From positions 1,472,001 through 1,536,000 of the forward strand of contig CAVVHE010000004.1 in assembly GCA_963748015.1 (NCBI GenBank): DNA of 64,000 nucleotides, written 5' to 3'. The DNA comes from Terriglobia bacterium (GTDB lineage Bacteria; Acidobacteriota; Polarisedimenticolia; Polarisedimenticolales; JAIQFR01). Made by a program: the position numbers and the translations under genes. The stretch's first letter is position 1; every line of letters begins with the position of its first letter. The notes under the pieces are model-generated. The model saw only the letters and a program-made list of their open reading frames with translations. It made no database searches and had not been told where the DNA came from. Of this stretch, positions 59,196 through 64,000 are shown piece by piece.

Positions 59196-61850
59196 GTGGC
59201 GGAGGAGACCGGGCCCCCCGGCATCGCGCGAGGAGACCTCATCGCGCGGATCCTCGAGCTCGGCCTCGCGGCCGTCGTCGTGCTGGCGCCGCTCCCCCAG
59301 GGATCTGTGCGTGAGCCCGCTCTCTCGGCGCTCGAGCTCGGCGCGTTCTCGCTCGGCATCCTCTGGCTGATCCGCGCGACGCTGCGGCCCACGCGCCTTC
59401 CTCCCCTGCCGGTCCGGGCGGCGCTCGCGGGCCTCCTGCTGCTCGGCGTGCTCCAGGCCGTCCCGCTGGGGAGCGGGGTCGTCGGCGCGCTCTCGCCGCG
59501 CGCGGCGGCGGTGCGGACCGAGGCGCGGCCGCCCGCGGACGCTTTGGAAGGAGAGCGAAGGCTCCTCGGGAGCGATCCCGCGCGGCTCGACCGCCCGGCG
59601 GCGCTCTCGGTGGATCCGCCGGCCACCGCGTCGGCGCTCAGGACCGGGGCCGCGCTGGCGATCCTCCTCCTCGTCGCGGTGACGGTCGTGACGGAGCGCG
59701 GCGCGGCGGGGATCGCGCTGGCGCTCCTGGTGTCCGCCGCGCTCCAGGGGCTCTACGGCACGCTCGCGGTGGCCGCGGCGGCGGCGGGCGCGGCGGCGCG
59801 GCCGGCGGCCGACCCGTGGCTCGCGTCGGGGACCTTCGTCAACAAGAACCACTACGCGGGGTTCCTCGCGGCGGCCCTGCCGGCGGGGATCGCGCTGGTC
59901 CTCGGGCGGTGGCGCCGGCTGAGATCGAGCGGGCACCGGCTCGCCCGGCTCCTCGGAGGCGACGGGAGCCTCGTGCTGCTGCTCGGCCTGCTGGCGCTCG
60001 TGGGGCTCGCGGGGCTGCTGCTCTCGTTCTCGCGAGCGGGGATCGCGCTCGGCGCGCTCGGCGTGGTGCTGACGTTCGCCGCCGTGGGACGGCGCGGCCT
60101 CAAGGCCCGGCTCGCCGCCGCGATCGTGATCCTGGCGGTGGCCGCCGTCCCGCTCGCGCAGCTCGGCGCCGAGCGGCTGGTGGCGAGCTACGGCCGGATC
60201 GGGCTGGAGTTCACGGGGACCGCGAGCCGCGGGGTCGTCTGGCGCGACACGCTGTCGATGGCCGCGGCGTACCCGGCCGCCGGGACCGGCTTCGGCACCT
60301 TCTCGGCGGCCTACCCGCTCTTCAGGTCCCCGGGCGTCCGCGCGTTCTTCGCCCACGCGCACAACGACCCGCTCCAGGTCCTGGCGGAAGGCGGGATCCC
60401 GGCGCTCGGGCTGCTCGCGCTCCTGGCTGCGCCCATGGTCCTGCTCGTGCGGGGCGCGCTGGCGGGGCGCGGCGGTACGCTCGCCGCCGGCATCGGCGCC
60501 GGGCTTCTCGCGGTGCTGCTCCACTCCCTCGTGGATTTCAACTTCCACATCCCGTCGAACGCGGCGACCGCGGCGATCCTCGCCGGCGCGCTGATCGGGT
60601 GCATGCCGCCCGGGAGCGCCCGCCGGCGTGATGGGGACGAGGAGCCGGTCTCGGCACCGTCCGAGAACGGATCGAGGCTGCGGCTCGTCGCGCCGCCCGA
60701 GCCGGTCGAGCGAGACGTCCCGGGCGACGGCCGCCGCGGCGCGCTCGCGCTCGGCGCGGTCGTCCTCGCCGCCGCGCTCGCGGCCACGATGCTGTCCGCT
60801 CGCGCGGCGCGCACGCCCTTCCGCGCCGCGGCCGTCGCGCGAGACGCGATCGAAGCCGCCTTCGACTCCGGACCGGCGGCGGCGCCGGTCCGCGCGGCGC
60901 TCGAGACGCTGCGCGGGGAGCTCGGCCGTCGCCCGCTCGACGCCGCGACGCGCGCGGCGTACGCCAGCCTGCTCCTCGAGCTGGCGGCCTCGCCGGAGGA
61001 GCGGCGCGCGGCGGCCTTCCACGCCGCGAGGGCCGTCGAGCTCGCGCCGGTCACCGTTCCCGTCGTGGACGTCGCGGCGAGGGTGCTCGCGCGAAGCGGC
61101 GACGCGTCGCTCGCGGTGGACCTGGTCCGGAAGATGTTCGTCTACGACCCGTCCTCGGCCGCTGACCTCTACGCGGCCGTCGAGCCGAACGTCGCCCCCG
61201 CGGCATTCGGGAAGGGGCTCCCCGACGATCCCGGCGCCTGGGTCGCGTGGATGAACCGCCTGCGCGCGAGCGGCCGCGCCGCCGAGGCGGAGGAGCTGCT
61301 CGACCGCGCGGCCGCGCGCTGGCCGCGGAACCTACCTATCCAGACCTCCGCCGCGCTCCGCGCGCTGGGCCGGGAGCGGTGGGACGACCTGCGCCGCATC
61401 CTGGAACCGGACGCCCGAGGGACGGCAACCGGGGCGAGGGACGGCAATCGCGACCGGTTGCTGTCCCTCGGGCCCGAGGGCGCGACGCTCGTCGCCTGCC
61501 GCAGCCGCCTGCTCGCCGCCGAGGGGGACCGCGCGGGCGCGCGGGCCGACGCCGGCGAGGCCGTGAGGCTCGCCCCGAAGAACGCGTGGATCCGCTTGCA
61601 GGCCGGGATCTCGATCGAGGCGTCGGGAGACGCCGCCGAGGCCCGCGCGCAGTGGGAGCGCGGGTTGTTCGAGCTCGTCCCCTCCGAGGGGAACCGCTGG
61701 CTGCGCGCGGAGCTGCTCACCCGTCTCGCGCGCCTCGAGGACCGGGTGGGCCGGCCCGCCGACGCCCTCCGCGCGTGGCGCGCCGTCCTCGACCTCTACC
61801 CCACCCACGCCGAGGCCCGCCGCCGCATCGAAGACCTGTCCGGCCCCTAG
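59196..61850 (+). CDS. O-antigen ligase family protein with C-terminal TPR region
   Basis: GTFVNKNHYAG, SFSRAG, GTGFGTF, HAHND, HSLVDFNFHIP; then TPR-like repeats. Confidence 0.85.
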   Translation: MAEETGPPGIARGDLIARILELGLAAVVVLAPLPQGSVREPALSALELGAFSLGILWLIRATLRPTRLPPLPVRAALAGLLLLGVLQAVPLGSGVVGALSPRAAAVRTEARPPADALEGERRLLGSDPARLDRPAALSVDPPATASALRTGAALAILLLVAVTVVTERGAAGIALALLVSAALQGLYGTLAVAAAAAGAAARPAADPWLASGTFVNKNHYAGFLAAALPAGIALVLGRWRRLRSSGHRLARLLGGDGSLVLLLGLLALVGLAGLLLSFSRAGIALGALGVVLTFAAVGRRGLKARLAAAIVILAVAAVPLAQLGAERLVASYGRIGLEFTGTASRGVVWRDTLSMAAAYPAAGTGFGTFSAAYPLFRSPGVRAFFAHAHNDPLQVLAEGGIPALGLLALLAAPMVLLVRGALAGRGGTLAAGIGAGLLAVLLHSLVDFNFHIPSNAATAAILAGALIGCMPPGSARRRDGDEEPVSAPSENGSRLRLVAPPEPVERDVPGDGRRGALALGAVVLAAALAATMLSARAARTPFRAAAVARDAIEAAFDSGPAAAPVRAALETLRGELGRRPLDAATRAAYASLLLELAASPEERRAAAFHAARAVELAPVTVPVVDVAARVLARSGDASLAVDLVRKMFVYDPSSAADLYAAVEPNVAPAAFGKGLPDDPGAWVAWMNRLRASGRAAEAEELLDRAAARWPRNLPIQTSAALRALGRERWDDLRRILEPDARGTATGARDGNRDRLLSLGPEGATLVACRSRLLAAEGDRAGARADAGEAVRLAPKNAWIRLQAGISIEASGDAAEARAQWERGLFELVPSEGNRWLRAELLTRLARLEDRVGRPADALRAWRAVLDLYPTHAEARRRIEDLSGP

Positions 61851-61877
61851 CCGTATAATTCCGCTGGAGGAACGCCC

Positions 61878-62582
61878 GTGGCGCTGCTTTCCATCGTCAT
61901 CCCGGTCTACAACGAGGAGCGCACCCTCGCGGCGCTGCTCGACGCCGTGCTCGCGGCTCCGCTTCCCGAGGGGGTCGACCGCGAGCTGATCGTGGTGGAC
62001 GACGCGAGCACCGACGCGACCCCGGCCCGCCTGGCGCACTACGCGTCCGATCCGCGCATCCGGACGTTCCGGCAGGACCCGAACCAGGGGAAGGGCGCCG
62101 CGCTCCGGCGCGGGTTCGAGGAGGCGCGCGGCGACTTCGTGGTCGTGCAGGACGCGGATCTCGAGTACGACCCGCGCGAGTACGGGAAGCTGCTCGTGCC
62201 GGTCCTCGAGGGAAAGGCGGACGTCGTGTTCGGTTCCCGTTTCATGGGGGGCGAGGCGCACCGCGTGCTGTTCTTCTGGCACTCCATCGGGAACCGATTC
62301 CTGACGCTGCTCTCGAACGCGCTGACCAACCTGAACCTCACCGACATGGAGACTTGCTACAAGCTGTTCCGCACGGACGTCCTGCGGCGAATCCGGCTCG
62401 AGGAGAACCGTTTCGGCTTCGAGCCGGAGGTCACGGCGAAGGTCGCGAGGCTCGGCGTGCGGATCTACGAGGTGGGGATCAGCTATTCGGGACGGACCTA
62501 CGAGGAAGGGAAGAAGATCGGCTGGAAGGACGGCGTCCGCGCGATCTGGTGCATTCTCAAGTACGGGTTGCTGCGGGCGTGA
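61878..62582 (+). CDS. GT2 glycosyltransferase (polyprenol-phosphate sugar synthase-like)
   Basis: [51 protein letters not shown]. Confidence 0.9.
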   Translation: MALLSIVIPVYNEERTLAALLDAVLAAPLPEGVDRELIVVDDASTDATPARLAHYASDPRIRTFRQDPNQGKGAALRRGFEEARGDFVVVQDADLEYDPREYGKLLVPVLEGKADVVFGSRFMGGEAHRVLFFWHSIGNRFLTLLSNALTNLNLTDMETCYKLFRTDVLRRIRLEENRFGFEPEVTAKVARLGVRIYEVGISYSGRTYEEGKKIGWKDGVRAIWCILKYGLLRA

Positions 62583-62605
62583 AGGGCCGCCCCCCGGAGA
62601 AGCGA

Positions 62606-62854
62606 TTATTTCGAGCGGCGGCGGGCCTCTCGGTAGGCCGCGGCGGCCACCATGGCGCCCACGACCGCTATCGCCAGGGGTGGGACCAGGAGCAACAGGA
62701 AGGTCGGATCGTCGACCCCGATGACGTGCCCGCGCGCCACCAGCGCGCCCGCCAGGCCGACGAGGCCGCAGAGAAATCCCCACGCGGAGGCGGCCACGAA
62801 ATAGAACCACCGCAGCCGGCGATGAGCGCCCGCCACCTTGTCGTTGCGCCCCAT
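62606..62854 (-). CDS. Small two-TM membrane protein
   Basis: Two hydrophobic helices; start chosen at MGRND. Confidence 0.5.
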   Translation of the reverse strand: MGRNDKVAGAHRRLRWFYFVAASAWGFLCGLVGLAGALVARGHVIGVDDPTFLLLLVPPLAIAVVGAMVAAAAYREARRRSK

Positions 62855-63016
62855 CACATTGCCGGACCGCGAAGGAGCGGTATACTCGCCGCCGTGCGCG
62901 ATCGAGTCGGGATTGGTTTCAGGGAGCATTCGAAGCCCTCGACATAAACTGGTGGAATTCGCCCGGCCCTCCCGGGCCATCGATAGTCAGATACGGACCG
63001 CAGGAGGTCATGTCAA

Positions 63017-63622
63017 GTGTTTCCGAACGCAACCCGACGCGGACGGATCATCGCCTGCGCTCTCGTCTTCTCGCTGGTCGCTCCGATGGCGGCAATTGCG
63101 GACGAGGGCACCGCAGCGGCCGGCCCTCCCGGCACCGGTCGCGTGAAGGCCAGGGTCTTCGGGAGCAACGGAAAGACGCCCGTCGCGGGGGCGATCCTGC
63201 GCGCCTACCATCTCGACAGCGGCAAGGTCTATTCGTCGAGCCCCGGCACCGGGAAGGGGGACTGCGAGCTCAAGGGGTTGCCGTACGGCTACCTGGACAT
63301 CGCGATCGAGACGAAGGACGGTGTCTTCGTCGGCAACCAGGTCGTGAACGTCCCGCCGGATGGGACCGTCACCCTGTCGCTGACCCTCACCAAGTACGCG
63401 GAGCGGACACCGGCGTGGTGGAGCGGCAAGGCGCCCCGACAGATCCCGGGAACCCGCAACGAGTCGCAGGGGATCGCGGAGCTCAACATGAAGAGCAAGG
63501 GGCGGGCGTTCTGGACGAGCCCCGGAGGGCTCGCGATCATCGGAGGCGCGACCGGCCTGGTGCTTCTCGCCCTCACCAGCCAGAGCGGGTCGTCATCCAC
63601 GCCGAGCCCGTCCACTCCGTAG
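63017..63622 (+). CDS. Exported carboxypeptidase-regulatory-like domain protein with C-terminal TM segment (similar to 19830-20351)
   Basis: AGGAGG RBS; signal peptide; GRV...PVAGA...GLPYGYLDI; C-terminal TM segment followed by SPSTP. Confidence 0.7.
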   Translation: MFPNATRRGRIIACALVFSLVAPMAAIADEGTAAAGPPGTGRVKARVFGSNGKTPVAGAILRAYHLDSGKVYSSSPGTGKGDCELKGLPYGYLDIAIETKDGVFVGNQVVNVPPDGTVTLSLTLTKYAERTPAWWSGKAPRQIPGTRNESQGIAELNMKSKGRAFWTSPGGLAIIGGATGLVLLALTSQSGSSSTPSPSTP

Positions 63623-63848
63623 GACGACTGACGTCTCCGGCCGCCGGTGCCCCTTGACGGAGCGGGACCCTCGACGGAGAATGCTGTCCGTCTTTCGGCG
63701 GTGCGGGGTACCTGCAGCACGAAGGCGGGGCCGGTAGGCGTCGCGCTCGACGCTTCGCCGGACATGTCGTAAGGGTATGGGGCTCGCGAAGAAGGAATCG
63801 GCTCCTCCCCGGCGGGGAGGGGCCTACATCGTGGATGGAGGATCGGAG

Positions 63849-64000
63849 ATGGCACCCAGCTTTTTCAGACGCACCGTGGCCGGCGCGCTCGTCGTGACGA
63901 TGGCGATCCTCGTCGCGAACCTTCCGGCTCTGGCCGGATCGAACGCGGTGTTTCGCGGGCGAGTCCTCGAGTCGGATGGCGTGAATCCGAGGCCGGGTGT
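63849..64000 (+). CDS. Exported protein, N-terminus only (probably the same family)
   Basis: GGAG RBS; MAPSFFRRTVAGALVVTMAILVANLPALA-GSNAVFRGRVLESDG; runs off the window. Confidence 0.55.
   Translation, partial: MAPSFFRRTVAGALVVTMAILVANLPALAGSNAVFRGRVLESDGVNPRPG

Noticed and set aside
50315..61022. Very long antisense ORFs (50315..54073, 56697..61022) and many similar Arg/Gly/Pro-rich ORFs across the window
   Set aside because: Shadow frames caused by high-GC codon bias opposite or overlapping well-supported genes; no recognisable motifs.
1..64000. Selenoprotein (UGA readthrough) explanation for broken ORFs, prompted by selA
   Set aside because: The breaks I examined (ligase 1, S8 protease, rSAM 1) are frame changes, not in-frame UGA codons.
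1..64000. CRISPR array, tRNA/rRNA genes, IS elements or integrase
   Set aside because: No repeat-spacer periodicity, cloverleaf or rRNA-like sequence, or transposase/recombinase motifs were recognised by eye; a covariance-model scan could still find something missed.

Overview
High-GC bacterial chromosomal window. Gene content suggests an Acidobacteriota-like organism, but this is inference only. About 1-20 kb is housekeeping and envelope genes: selA (partial), purH, rlmN, an SDR, an ECF sigma/anti-sigma/DUF4097 cassette, rho, a degenerate thiD-like gene, pyrE and several TPR/HEAT proteins. About 20.5-62.6 kb is a large Wzx/Wzy-type surface-polysaccharide locus: gmd-fcl, two wzc plus O-antigen-ligase-like pairs, wzx, wzy, many glycosyltransferases, a dispersed pglC/D/E/F-like set, rfbD, an outer-membrane beta-barrel and wza. 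Accessory modules interrupt this locus: two toxin-antitoxin-like pairs, a secreted S8 protease and a nucleotidyltransferase. The most notable module is a compact candidate RiPP cassette of two radical SAM/SPASM enzymes flanking an unannotated 31-codon ORF (MKIVVQSQEKKVRKPCTCYGKLFLIISPRSK, 49089-49184) with a strong RBS and a 3' hairpin. A candidate ~75-nt sRNA lies at about 20460-20535. Many genes between 28.7 and 48 kb carry frameshifts, which may be sequencing or assembly indels. No rRNA, tRNA, CRISPR array or transposase was recognised. Family assignments come from motif recognition by eye, not database searches.
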